Source of the DNA: a bacterium
GTDB taxonomy: Bacteria; Bacteroidota; Ignavibacteria; Kapaibacteriales; UBA2268
NCBI GenBank assembly: GCA_043804925.1
Contig: JAZDIP010000086.1
Coordinates: 17,644 to 81,643 of the forward strand
Reading direction: 5' to 3'
DNA: 64,000 nucleotides
Of the stretch, positions 1-11,220 are shown piece after piece. Under the pieces are notes generated by a model, which made no database searches, had not been told where the DNA came from, and saw only the letters and a list, made by a program, of their open reading frames with translations. The first letter of the stretch is position 1, and every line of letters begins with the position of its first letter. The position numbers were made by a program, and so were the translations under genes.

Positions 1-2284
1 TTTCAACTAATGTACGGTATTTCTCTTCGCTTTCTCTCAGGGTATCTTCTGCTATCTTGCGTTCGGTGATATCTTCTGCAACACCTTCTATCCAGCCCTT
101 TTCAGGAAAAATTTGGGCAGAATACATCGCCCAGAAAATTGACTTGTCTTTACGGTAAAATCTTGCTTCAAAGTTTGTAATTTCTCCATTCTCCGATATT
201 TCTTTAATCATTCTTTCTCTTGTTCCGGAGTCAACGTAATTTTCCGAAGTAATGTATTCTGCTATAAATTCTTCTCTGTTCTCATAACCAAACATAAGTG
301 CAAGCTGTTCATTACTTTCGAGAATTTTACCATCTTCAATCCTTGTGCGGTATAATCCTACTTGAGAATTTTGAAAAATATTACGATATGTTTCTTCGCT
401 TTCTTTCAATGCTTCTTCATCCTTCTTCCTCATTAGAGCTATACCAATACTACTGCTAAGACCTTCGAAATAATGAATCATATCCTCGGTGAAGCAATCT
501 CTTCTTGTGTCGTTTAACTGCAGGGTTCCTATAATCTCATTTTCTATCCTGATTGGAATAATAGCTATAGACATGAATCCCGCATGAATACACCGGTTGC
601 GGGGATTATGCCTTGGGTCTTCTTCATCTGTTAAATCCAATAATGGCAGAGTATCATTTGACCAAAAACTTCCGTGCTTTGTAAAGAATGGTAAACTTAA
701 ATCTGCTTTCCCTGAGATTACCAAACCGCATGTACATTCCAAACTAATATTTCCGTCTTCATCCCGGCACACATCTCCCGATTTTGTTATTTCAATCAAT
801 GTATTTTCCGTTTTAAGAAAACTATCAGAAAAACCGTTTTGAACATAATAGGGATAGTCACCGTTCTTTTCCAGACGGATACCTACGGCATCAAAGTCTG
901 TTACTCTATTAATAGCTCTTAAAATATTGTCAATTGCAACTTCCATTATCAAATCCTTATTTAGGATGTCAAGGACTTCAGCGCTTAGTTTTTGGTAACG
1001 TTCTGCCCGTTTTCGTTCTGTTATATCCAATGCTGTAAATGTAACTCCTTTTGATAAATCATTTGTATACAGCGGTGTAGAACTAAGCAAGATGTCCATT
1101 ATTTTTCCATTTTTATGCTTCCATTTGGTTTCCACTGTTCCTGTACCATGTTCTTTTATGAGTTTGTATTTTTCTCTGCCGACAAACTCATACTCATCGT
1201 CGTCCGGATAAACAATCCTTGCATTTTTCCCGATTAGTTCATTTTCAGAATATCCTGTTATATCGCATAATTCAGGATTAACTCTTACTAATACACGGTC
1301 AGAAACTACTCCAATACCAATCGGTGCGGCAAGATAAATACTATTTACATATTCCCGGCTTTCAACTAATAATTCTTCTGCCAACTTTCGCTTGCTAATA
1401 TCCGTACAAACAGACATAGAACCAATTACTTTACCTTCTTGGTTTTTAATCGGAGAAGCGGTCATTATGAAATAAATAGGGTTACCGGATTTTTTCTTCA
1501 TCTTTAATTCGTATTGTTCTGATACATGAGTCGTACGGGATTTATTCTTTTCTTTAATTAACTCCCTGTCTTCCTCAAATAAAATTGTATTATATCCTAT
1601 TCTGCCCAGTAATTCTTTTTCGTCATATCCCAATAATTCACAAAATCTGGGATTTACAAATTGAATGACATCTTCATTATCAACCTGAATAATACCATCG
1701 TGAGTTTGCTCGATTAATGTCCTGTATTTTGTTTCACTTTCTCTGATTTTTACGTTTGCTTCAATTTCCTTTAAATTTTTCAGTCCAACGCCTGAGATAA
1801 CTTCGATTAAACCTTTTATAAAAAACAAATAATTATCAAGTTGTTCTTGTGTCCATATAGGAACTTTTTTTACTGCTTCTAAATAGTTCACTTCATCGAA
1901 ACCATATTTTTTTGCCTGCTCTTTAAAGAATTCCAAATTCGGCTCTTCCAAAAAGAACTGCCCTGTAAAGAAATTTCCATAGTGAACACCTTCGATAATA
2001 ATCGGTGTAGCATTGTCAACCAAACCATGGGGACATTTGTATGAAACAGCAGGATTGGCTTCGTGTATGTGGTCAAGAATATATTGGTCACTTTTTATGC
2101 ATTCCTTTTCACATTCTTTATTTACTCTATGGAATTTTGTGCAGATATCCTGCCATGCAGTAGCAGTCAGTATATTGCCGTCATTATCAATTATTGCGGA
2201 AGGAAAGGAATAAACCTCATTCAATCTGTCCTGTAGGGATTGAAACATTGTTATGTCAATCAAATCTTCAAGTTTATATTTCAC
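1..2284 (-). CDS. PocR-PAS-PAS-GAF-PAS multi-sensor protein, probably a histidine kinase; 3' end runs off the window
   Basis: Not in the ORF track. Manual translation from GTG at 2284 (GAGG RBS upstream) is open to base 2. N-terminus MKYKLEDLID...TATAWQDICTKFHR...YKCPHGLVDNATPIIIEGVHYGNFFTGQFF is PocR-like, followed by PAS ends (DISKRK, DITERK) and a GAF segment. Confidence 0.85.
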   Translation of the reverse strand, partial: MKYKLEDLIDITMFQSLQDRLNEVYSFPSAIIDNDGNILTATAWQDICTKFHRVNKECEKECIKSDQYILDHIHEANPAVSYKCPHGLVDNATPIIIEGVHYGNFFTGQFFLEEPNLEFFKEQAKKYGFDEVNYLEAVKKVPIWTQEQLDNYLFFIKGLIEVISGVGLKNLKEIEANVKIRESETKYRTLIEQTHDGIIQVDNEDVIQFVNPRFCELLGYDEKELLGRIGYNTILFEEDRELIKEKNKSRTTHVSEQYELKMKKKSGNPIYFIMTASPIKNQEGKVIGSMSVCTDISKRKLAEELLVESREYVNSIYLAAPIGIGVVSDRVLVRVNPELCDITGYSENELIGKNARIVYPDDDEYEFVGREKYKLIKEHGTGTVETKWKHKNGKIMDILLSSTPLYTNDLSKGVTFTALDITERKRAERYQKLSAEVLDILNKDLIMEVAIDNILRAINRVTDFDAVGIRLEKNGDYPYYVQNGFSDSFLKTENTLIEITKSGDVCRDEDGNISLECTCGLVISGKADLSLPFFTKHGSFWSNDTLPLLDLTDEEDPRHNPRNRCIHAGFMSIAIIPIRIENEIIGTLQLNDTRRDCFTEDMIHYFEGLSSSIGIALMRKKDEEALKESEETYRNIFQNSQVGLYRTRIEDGKILESNEQLALMFGYENREEFIAEYITSENYVDSGTRERMIKEISENGEITNFEARFYRKDKSIFWAMYSAQIFPEKGWIEGVAEDITERKIAEDTLRESEEKYRTLVE

Positions 2285-2569
2285 TAAGCACCTCGAAATT
2301 CATTTATTTTATGGCAAACTGTTTTAATTATTTAATTTAATGAAAAATAATTAAATAGAGAAAATAATATATTATTTTCTTATACTATTTTATTCCGGAT
2401 TATTTTAAAGGTGTACAATAAAATAATAGTTGATTTGTTCAGTTACACGGAAAATAATTGACAATCGTAAAATTATGAAACTTAAATATAATTGTTACGT
2501 ATAATAATAAGTAAAAAAAGTCTGTCTTTCGTAAAAGACTGACAGAATAAGAAATATGAAAGGAAAACA

Positions 2570-4513
2570 ATGTCAAATTCACAAGCAACGACTTTACCAC
2601 CGTCAGCTCCGCCGTATTATATGCAGCAGAGGAAATCGAGATGGTGGATACCGGTTGTTATTATTGTCGGAATTATAGCGGCGATAATAATATTTTTTAT
2701 TGCCGGTATAGCTGTTATAACGTCATCATTTGAAAAAGAGCCGTATCAGGTTAAAGACAACTCCGTTCTTTATTTAAATATCACCGGGAATATTGAAGAA
2801 AGAGTAAACGATAGTCCGTTGAATTTTATGAATTTAAAAAGTGGATTTACTCAATACGAGTTATTAACGGCAATTAAAAGAGCTAAAACAGATAAGAGGA
2901 TAAGCGGTATTTTTATTAAAGGTTCTATTTCTTCTATGGGATTTGCAAAAGCAGAAGAAATAAGAGATGCCATATTCGAATTTAAAAAGTCGGGAAAATT
3001 TGTATATGCATATTTGGATTGGGGTCGCGAAATTGATTATTATTTGGCATTAACTGCCGATAAAATATTTATGCCGCGTGAAGGTATGATGGAATTAAAC
3101 GGTTTTGCGGTTACTTCGCTTTTCTACAAAGATATGTTTGAGAAAATCGGAATTGATTATTTTGTTTTAGGATTTGAAGATTTCAAATCAGCTGGTGAGC
3201 CATACAGCAGAAACAATTTTTCTGATTCATCGAGGTATCAGTATCATGTTCTTTTGAATCAGAGAATGGAACACTTTGTTGAAGCTATTGTTAAAACAAG
3301 AGGATTAGATAAGAAAATAGTTAGAGATGCTTTGAACCGCGGGATATATTCGGCAGACACTTTATTGGCATTGGGATTTGTTGACAGTTTATTGTTCGAA
3401 GAAGATGTAAAACAGTTAATCAAAAAACGGATTTTCGGTACTAATACTGTTCCCAAAAAGGGAAAGAAGAAATCTAATGAAAAGTACTTACTTGTTTCCG
3501 TTGGCAAATACAATCAGGATTTGCCTGAAATTAAGGATAAAAAAATGATTGCCGACAGGAGCAAACAGATAGCTATCATATATGCATCGGGACCACTTCT
3601 CGAACAGGTTCAGGGACAATTTTCAAATGAATTGCAAATTACTTCGAAGGAATTTATCGCAAGTTTGAAAAAGGCAAGGGAAGATGAAAAAGTCAAAGTA
3701 ATAATAATCAGAATTGATAGCCCGGGGGGTTCTGTAATAACTTCTGATGCTATTTATGAAGAAATCAAAAACACAACTAAGATAAAACCGGTTTATGCAT
3801 CCATGAGTGATGTAGCCGCATCGGGAGGATATTATATTGCATCGCCATGTGATACGATAATTGCCCATCCTTCGACCATAACAGGTTCGATTGGTGTCGT
3901 AATGGCAATCCCGAATTTCAGCAAACTTGCAGGTAATCTATATCTAAGAGTTGATACGATTTCGACAGGACCTGCCGCAACTCAGCTCTCCGGTTTGATT
4001 CCCTTACAGGAACAGGACAAAGCAAAAGTTAAAAACATAGCAAAAAGTGTTTATGACAGATTCATCAACAAGGTTGCAAAGCACAGACATAAAACCTATG
4101 ACGAAATTCGTTCAATTGCAAAAGGTCGTGTCTGGACTGGTGAGGATGCATATAAAATCGGTTTAGTGGATGTTTTAGGAGGAATGGAAACAGCTTTATC
4201 TTTGGCAAAAAAGAGAATGGGCATACCTGATTCGATGAAAGTTTATATTCAGGAATACCCCGAAAGAAAAGACCAGATGGCTTTATTCCTTCAACTGCTC
4301 GGTTTGGATGACAGCAATGATGATGAAGTTAAAACAAATTTATCAGAAACAATGGCAAGTCTGCTTGGAGTTAAAATCGAAGATTTTCTTCCTGCTTATA
4401 ACAATTTACCGGAAGCTGTTAAGAACCAGTTGAAATATATTGCTAATATGATGAAACTATCGGAAAGAGAAAAAGTATTAATGACATTACCCGAAAAGGT
4501 TGTGATAGAATAG
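2570..4513 (+). CDS. sppA: Signal peptide peptidase SppA (67K type)
   Basis: N-terminal TM helix; FKSAGEPY (catalytic Lys); RIDSPGGS; DVAASGGYYIA (catalytic Ser); TITGSIGV; GRVWTG. Confidence 0.95.
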   Translation: MSNSQATTLPPSAPPYYMQQRKSRWWIPVVIIVGIIAAIIIFFIAGIAVITSSFEKEPYQVKDNSVLYLNITGNIEERVNDSPLNFMNLKSGFTQYELLTAIKRAKTDKRISGIFIKGSISSMGFAKAEEIRDAIFEFKKSGKFVYAYLDWGREIDYYLALTADKIFMPREGMMELNGFAVTSLFYKDMFEKIGIDYFVLGFEDFKSAGEPYSRNNFSDSSRYQYHVLLNQRMEHFVEAIVKTRGLDKKIVRDALNRGIYSADTLLALGFVDSLLFEEDVKQLIKKRIFGTNTVPKKGKKKSNEKYLLVSVGKYNQDLPEIKDKKMIADRSKQIAIIYASGPLLEQVQGQFSNELQITSKEFIASLKKAREDEKVKVIIIRIDSPGGSVITSDAIYEEIKNTTKIKPVYASMSDVAASGGYYIASPCDTIIAHPSTITGSIGVVMAIPNFSKLAGNLYLRVDTISTGPAATQLSGLIPLQEQDKAKVKNIAKSVYDRFINKVAKHRHKTYDEIRSIAKGRVWTGEDAYKIGLVDVLGGMETALSLAKKRMGIPDSMKVYIQEYPERKDQMALFLQLLGLDDSNDDEVKTNLSETMASLLGVKIEDFLPAYNNLPEAVKNQLKYIANMMKLSEREKVLMTLPEKVVIE

Positions 4514-4558
4514 ATTCGTCGGAATACTCTTAAATTGGTTAGGAAATATACGACGCCG

Positions 4559-4600
4559 GCTCGGATTTTTGCGGGAAGATCCGGGCCATTTTTATTTTAT
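4559..4600 (+). terminator. Intrinsic terminator after sppA, duplicated at 5233-5270
   Basis: GCTCGGATTTTT-GCGG-GAAGATCCGGGC stem with G-U pairs, then a T-rich tail. Confidence 0.6.
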
Positions 4601-4697
4601 TCTTGACGTTTATGAAAACTTTCCTAATCTCAAATTTTTTTTATTAGGTAGTAATTATTTCGTAATTTTATATGAAAATAATTATGTAGGTAATGTT

Positions 4698-4991
4698 TTG
4701 ATTTATAAATTTGATTGGAACAAAATAAAAGCACTCACGAATTTACAAAAACACAAAGTAAGTTTCCAAAGTGCGACAGGTATTTTCAATGATCCAAATG
4801 CTCTGACCATTTATGACGATGAGCATAGTGATTATGAAGATAGGTGGATAACACTTGGACTGGAAAGTTCAGGAATAATATTAGTGGTTATCCATACTTT
4901 CTCAGAATTAGATAATGATGTTGTAAATATTAGGATAATATCTGCAAGAAAAGCAACAAAAAATGAAGTTAAACTTTATAATGGGGAATGA
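4698..4991 (+). CDS. brnT: BrnT-family toxin (DUF497)
   Basis: FDWNKIKALTNLQKHKVSF...EDRWITLG...IRIISARKAT; probable TTG start at 4698, in frame with the track ORF. Confidence 0.88.
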   Translation: MIYKFDWNKIKALTNLQKHKVSFQSATGIFNDPNALTIYDDEHSDYEDRWITLGLESSGIILVVIHTFSELDNDVVNIRIISARKATKNEVKLYNGE

Positions 4992-4992
4992 C

Positions 4993-5193
4993 ATGAAACG
5001 CGAATATGATTTTTCTAAAGGAGAAAGAGGTAAATTTTTTAATAAAAACGCTGAACTATTAATACCGATTTACTTAGATTCAGATATACAGGATTATATT
5101 AACAAACTATCAATAAAAAAGAAGAAGAATCCACAGGATTTGGTCAATAACATATTAAAGAAAAACATTTCTTTGATAAAATCTATTCAGTAA
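4993..5193 (+). CDS. BrnA-like antitoxin
   Basis: MKREYDFSKGERGKF N-terminus; IYLDSDI RHH-like segment; starts 1 nt after the brnT stop. Confidence 0.78.
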   Translation: MKREYDFSKGERGKFFNKNAELLIPIYLDSDIQDYINKLSIKKKKNPQDLVNNILKKNISLIKSIQ

Positions 5194-5232
5194 GTTTTAG
5201 AAATAATGAATCCTGCCTATAATAGACACCTA

Positions 5233-5270
5233 CTCGGATTTTGCGGGAAGATCCGGGCCTTTTTTATTAT
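5233..5270 (+). terminator. Second copy of the sppA-type terminator hairpin
   Basis: CTCGGATTTT-GCGG-GAAGATCCGGGCC followed by TTTTTT. Confidence 0.6.
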
Positions 5271-5369
5271 TTTTAAAATCCCCTCTCGAGAGAGGCAGGA
5301 TTGTGTTCTCTACATCTTTACTAATCTACCTGTATAGGAATAATTACTACAAATATTTAGTTAATTATA

Positions 5370-5585
5370 TTGAAAATAATTCCAAATCCTGCAACGGAAT
5401 ACATTACTGTAATTGTATCTGTAGAAATAACCAAAAATCCAATTGAGATATATAATGTTTTGGGACAACATCAAGAATTTACTTTTTTAAATTCTCAGAA
5501 TACCACAATAAATATCAGTGAATTAACACCCGCTTTATATTTATTGAAGTATGGGAATGCATTTGGAATTTTTATTAAGGAATAA
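5370..5585 (+). pseudogene. Orphan T9SS C-terminal sorting domain fragment
   Basis: IIPNPATEYITV...IEIYNVLGQ...INISELTPALYLLK...FIKE; no signal peptide or cargo domain. Confidence 0.6.
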
Positions 5586-5602
5586 ATTCTAATTTTCAAA
5601 TA

Positions 5603-5638
5603 AAAAAAAGGGAATCAAAATTAATTGAATCCCTTTTT
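5603..5638. terminator. Bidirectional intrinsic terminator between convergent genes
   Basis: AAAAAAAGGGAATCAA...TTGAATCCCTTTTT. Confidence 0.7.
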
Positions 5639-5658
5639 CTTATTAATATTTAAGATTA

Positions 5659-8319
5659 TTACTTAATATAAGTAATTTCCTTTAGCATTCTTGTTTCGCC
5701 AATTTGGATTGAGTAGAAGTAAACTCCTGTTTCCAAATTTGTTGGTTCCCATCTGATAAAGTGGTCGCCCGGAGCAAGCTGATTGTCCATCAGTGTCGTA
5801 ATATGAACGCCTGCAATGTTATAGAGCTTAACTGTTACATTCTCAGGTTTATTGATATTGAAACTCAACAATGAGCTTTGACCAAATGGATTCGGATAGG
5901 TTTGTATCTGGTATTTTGAAATAGCTTCGTCATTAACACCGCCAAGAGTTCTGACAGTATAACTTCTGGTTTCAGACCACGGAGCAATACCTGAAGCATT
6001 TTTACCCCTGACTTTCCAATAGTAAGTAGCTCCATATTCCTGACCGCCAACCGTTTTTTGCGGATTGAAACACATTGGGTCATTTACGAATAGCTCGCCG
6101 CTGAAATCATCGGTTTTGGAAACAAGAACTTCGTAATATGTTGCATATTGAACAGGTTCCCATTTTAGTACCGTATTTCTTTCTACATCAATAGCGGCAT
6201 TAGCCGGTTCGAGTAAAACCGCTGCATCATCGGGAGCAATTAACAATGTCCTGAACCGCCAAGGGATAGACCATCCTGTTTCACCACTGTCATTGATGGC
6301 GGAAACATGCCAATAATACATAACATCATTCGCCAGACCGGTGAGATTGTAGTAGTTTACCGTTATTGTATCAATATTAACAATTGGAGTCGCAAAGTTT
6401 TCATTATTTGCTACCTGTAAATGGTAGTTGTCAACTCTTTCGGAAGGATTCCATCTTAATGTTACATCAAGGTCAACCTGCTCGGCAGCCAATAGCGGGA
6501 AAGTAAGAAGCGGAATGGTAGGTCCTTTTGTAATTGTCGTGAATGAGCGTACTGATGAAAATGGACCTGCTCCGAATTCGTTAACTGCCTGAACTTTCCA
6601 ATAATATTCTTTGTCGGGTTCAAGTCCTGATTTAAAGTAATGATTATTATTTATACCTGAGTAACCAAAAGTAACCGGGGTAAAGTTAGGACTTTCCGAT
6701 ATATGAATAGTGTATGATTTTGCTGAATCTACCCGTGTCCATTCAAAAAATACGGAGAAGGATAAGTCTTCAGCTCCATCAACAGGACTTGTTAAATTGG
6801 GAGCTGCTAAAACCGAACGGAATTTCCACGGAGTTGAATAACCGATTGTACATTGGTCGTAGGCAGCAGAAACTCTCCAGTAGAATTCAGTATTGTACTT
6901 TTGTAAATTATACGTATAAGATGTCGAAGTCAATCCGGTAACACTAACCAAAGTATCTGCAAAAGCCGGGGATTTCGATATTTGCAAATTATAAGTGCCG
7001 GCACCCTTGGTTACATTAGTCCACCTAAATACCATATTAATTGGAATACCACCGGAATTTTTCACAGGATAAACAGGTTGTACGGGACTAATTGTCGTTG
7101 TAAAAATCCTGTAATTTGACCATTTTCCTGTATTATTTGCATCTTTGGCTCTTACACGCCAGTAATAATCTGTGAGTCCTTCAGGCAAAGTTGCATTACT
7201 ATAAAATAAATCAAGAATGTTTTCCTGATTGATAACGAGGTCAATAAACATTTCATCTTTTGAAATTTGAATTTGATAAGCTTGAACACCTGGAACTTCG
7301 TACCATTCGAATTTATAACCGGATAAATCGAGGCATACCCTCCCATCATAAGGAGAATTCAGGGATGGAGCGTCGTAAACGGTCTTAAATGAAGAACCGG
7401 CAGACCATTCGGATTCACAACCTGACAACTTTGATTTCATTCGCCAATAATAGGTCGTATTATAAAGCAACGGGGTAATTGTGGTAGTTGTCTGGCTCAG
7501 GTTAACAAAAGATTGCACAATAGTTGAAAAATTGCTATTTGTAGCTATCTGTATATCATATGTACTTGCCGGAGTAACCTCAGTCCATGAAAGTGAAGTA
7601 CTTGTCGAAATTCCGGTAGCAGCTGCAGTTGGATATACCACAATAGGCGCCGCTTGTTTTACGGTAAAGGAAAATGGTTCTGTCCATTCAGAATAACAAG
7701 TACCATATTTTGCAGCAACACGCCAATAATAAGTTTTATAATTTTGTGGCATTAATGCCGAAAATGTTGCCGATGTAAAAGTTGTTGAAGGTATTGATTC
7801 ATAATCATAAACAAGTTCACCACCTGAAAAAGTTGTAGAGGTAGCAATTTGCATCCTGTATGAACCTGCACCGGTAATGGATGACCATTGGAAAAGTGTG
7901 GATTTGTTTACACATGTTTCTTCATCTACCGGTTCTTCAAGTTCGGGAGTATCACCTTGTGTCGTAAATTTACGTATTGCCGAAAAGTCTTCATCTTCTG
8001 AAAACGAGGCACTTACCCTCCAATAATACTCGGTATTTGATTCCGGCAAAGTAAAAGTGAAAGTGCTTGTCGGATGAGTCATTACAGCTTCAGTAACATC
8101 CGGGGATGTCCATGTTGCCGAAGTCGAAATTTGTAATCTGTACTGTATTGCGGTTTCAATGGTCTCCCAAGAAAATGTAGTTTCGAGAGGGATACATAAA
8201 GCATTTGCTGTTGGATATGTCAAACTTGGTGGGGTTTGTGATTTCACAGCAGTAAATGCGAACAGTGTAATTGCCATAAGTATTAATAACTTAACGGGAA
8301 TTTTTGTTAATATTTTCAT
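5659..8319 (-). CDS. Secreted protein of about 8 tandem FN3-like modules plus T9SS CTD
   Basis: Signal peptide from MKILTK (ATG 8319, GGAG RBS); repeated P.L..P...F.W...Y.LQIS...YYWRV.A...WS...F.T units; C-terminal YPNPFG...YNIAG...GVYFYSI. Confidence 0.85.
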   Translation of the reverse strand: MKILTKIPVKLLILMAITLFAFTAVKSQTPPSLTYPTANALCIPLETTFSWETIETAIQYRLQISTSATWTSPDVTEAVMTHPTSTFTFTLPESNTEYYWRVSASFSEDEDFSAIRKFTTQGDTPELEEPVDEETCVNKSTLFQWSSITGAGSYRMQIATSTTFSGGELVYDYESIPSTTFTSATFSALMPQNYKTYYWRVAAKYGTCYSEWTEPFSFTVKQAAPIVVYPTAAATGISTSTSLSWTEVTPASTYDIQIATNSNFSTIVQSFVNLSQTTTTITPLLYNTTYYWRMKSKLSGCESEWSAGSSFKTVYDAPSLNSPYDGRVCLDLSGYKFEWYEVPGVQAYQIQISKDEMFIDLVINQENILDLFYSNATLPEGLTDYYWRVRAKDANNTGKWSNYRIFTTTISPVQPVYPVKNSGGIPINMVFRWTNVTKGAGTYNLQISKSPAFADTLVSVTGLTSTSYTYNLQKYNTEFYWRVSAAYDQCTIGYSTPWKFRSVLAAPNLTSPVDGAEDLSFSVFFEWTRVDSAKSYTIHISESPNFTPVTFGYSGINNNHYFKSGLEPDKEYYWKVQAVNEFGAGPFSSVRSFTTITKGPTIPLLTFPLLAAEQVDLDVTLRWNPSERVDNYHLQVANNENFATPIVNIDTITVNYYNLTGLANDVMYYWHVSAINDSGETGWSIPWRFRTLLIAPDDAAVLLEPANAAIDVERNTVLKWEPVQYATYYEVLVSKTDDFSGELFVNDPMCFNPQKTVGGQEYGATYYWKVRGKNASGIAPWSETRSYTVRTLGGVNDEAISKYQIQTYPNPFGQSSLLSFNINKPENVTVKLYNIAGVHITTLMDNQLAPGDHFIRWEPTNLETGVYFYSIQIGETRMLKEITYIK

Positions 8320-8497
8320 AATAAATCTCCAATGATTTAACGATACTATTTTATTTATTTTCATTATCTTTTCATAAATATTTTATTTAAAGACGATTAC
8401 ATTCAAATTTATTTATAAATCAAATCAAAAAAAATACCAAAAATCAAAAACTTACGAAATAAAATTAAATTCTTTACTAAAATAACAATAAAAAATG

Positions 8498-8505
8498 TAA
8501 TTTTG
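8498..8505 (+). promoter_or_regulatory. Bacteroidota-type -7 promoter element for groESL
   Basis: TAATTTTG matches TAnnTTTG, directly upstream of CIRCE. Confidence 0.6.
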
Positions 8506-8515
8506 CGTTAAATTG

Positions 8516-8542
8516 TTGGCACTCGACCCAAGAGAGTGCTAA
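8516..8542 (+). promoter_or_regulatory. CIRCE element (HrcA operator)
   Basis: TTGGCACTC-N9-GAGTGCTAA, one mismatch to TTAGCACTC-N9-GAGTGCTAA, upstream of groES. Confidence 0.93.
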
Positions 8543-8544
8543 TC

Positions 8545-8570
8545 AATTACGAATTACGAATTACGAATTA
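8545..8570 (+). repeat. Heptamer tandem repeat, (AATTACG)x3 plus a partial copy
   Basis: aattacg aattacg aattacg aatta. Confidence 0.85.
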
Positions 8571-8673
8571 TTGGAATTTGTACTTAATATTAAAGTCGTA
8601 TGACTAAGAATTAAAAATGTATTAAGATATTTATTAATAATTTTTTTTTTAACAAAACATAGGAGATGAGATT

Positions 8674-8961
8674 ATGAATTTGACACCATTGCATGACCGG
8701 GTAATCGTGAAACCATCGGAACCCGAGGAAATTACTAAAGGGGGGATTATCATCCCCGATACCGCTAAGGAAAAACCCCAACAAGGAGAAATTATTGCAG
8801 CGGGCAGTGGCAGAATCAACGACGAAGGTAAGGTTTTACCTTTGGCAGTTAAAGCCGGAGACAAGGTTTTATACGGAAAATATTCAGGAACGGAAATTAC
8901 AGTTGACGGTGAAGAATATTTGATGATGAGAGAAAGCGACATTTTCGCAATTATTAACTAA
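8674..8961 (+). CDS. groES: Co-chaperonin GroES
   Basis: PLHDRVIVK...[18 protein letters not shown]...KYSGTEI. Confidence 0.99.
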   Translation: MNLTPLHDRVIVKPSEPEEITKGGIIIPDTAKEKPQQGEIIAAGSGRINDEGKVLPLAVKAGDKVLYGKYSGTEITVDGEEYLMMRESDIFAIIN

Positions 8962-8975
8962 TTAATTATTATTGA

Positions 8976-10628
<1,653 letters not shown>

Positions 10629-10643
10629 TTCAGTAGAAAGTTT

Positions 10644-10703
10644 ATAAAGTTTGTAAAGTTATAAAGTTTGTAAAGTTATAAAGTTTGTAAAGTTATAAAG
10701 TTT
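10644..10703 (+). repeat. 17-bp tandem repeat, (ATAAAGTTTGTAAAGTT)x3.5
   Basis: Perfect tandem copies 15 nt after the groEL stop. Confidence 0.9.
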
Positions 10704-10749
10704 AATTAACTTTGAACAAAAGAACTGATTAACAAAGTACAAAGAAATT

Positions 10750-10790
10750 AAAAAATCCCGTTATATTTAAATTATGACGGGATTTTTTTT
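10750..10790 (+). terminator. groESL intrinsic terminator
   Basis: AAAAAATCCCGTTAT...ATGACGGGATTTTTTTT. Confidence 0.85.
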
Positions 10791-11118
10791 CTGTCTTCCG
10801 CATTGCAGCATCCTAAAAATATCTCAGTATCAATTTCTTTAATAACTAATAATGCTATTGTTTGCATAAATGCTTGGATTTCTATTTTTGCACATTGATA
10901 TTAAAAATTCAATTTCTTGTACAGTCATGCAGTTTACAAATGTTTTGGTAATCTTATAACCGGAATGTTTGGCAACAATCCGGATGTTTACACTAGCGCT
11001 TCGATTCTTGTTTTTCTAATAGACACATCAAAATCATCATTGCAGCATCCAATTTAAAAATCACTTTGTTAATTTGCAAGTACTTACAATAATAGTTTTA
11101 TTGTATGCGGAAAACAGG
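10790..11118. mobile_element. Inverted-repeat (MITE-like) element with an internal 13-bp direct repeat
   Basis: CTGTCTTCCGCAT (10791) ... ATGCGGAAAACAG (11105-11117); CATTGCAGCATCC at 10801 and 11038; ends resemble those of 24736-24832. Confidence 0.55.
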
Positions 11119-11220
11119 AAAAATGACTTGGAAAATTTTTTTGTAAATAATTATTTGGGATAATCAATAAAATTCAGTAAAATTGTTAATTAGAGCAAAG
11201 TAAATTACTGTAATTAATTA

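Noticed and set aside
597-2213. Three short track ORFs
   Set aside because: All overlap the long minus-strand sensor gene at 1-2284
4514-4600. GC-rich spacer as a tRNA or known ncRNA
   Set aside because: No cloverleaf or T-loop consensus; explained by a short stem plus the terminator
4569-4697. N-terminal extension of BrnT in the ORF track
   Set aside because: Starts inside the terminator hairpin; family similarity begins at about 4698
10644-10703. Repeat array as a possible CRISPR
   Set aside because: Contiguous 17-bp units with no unique spacers; no cas genes in the window
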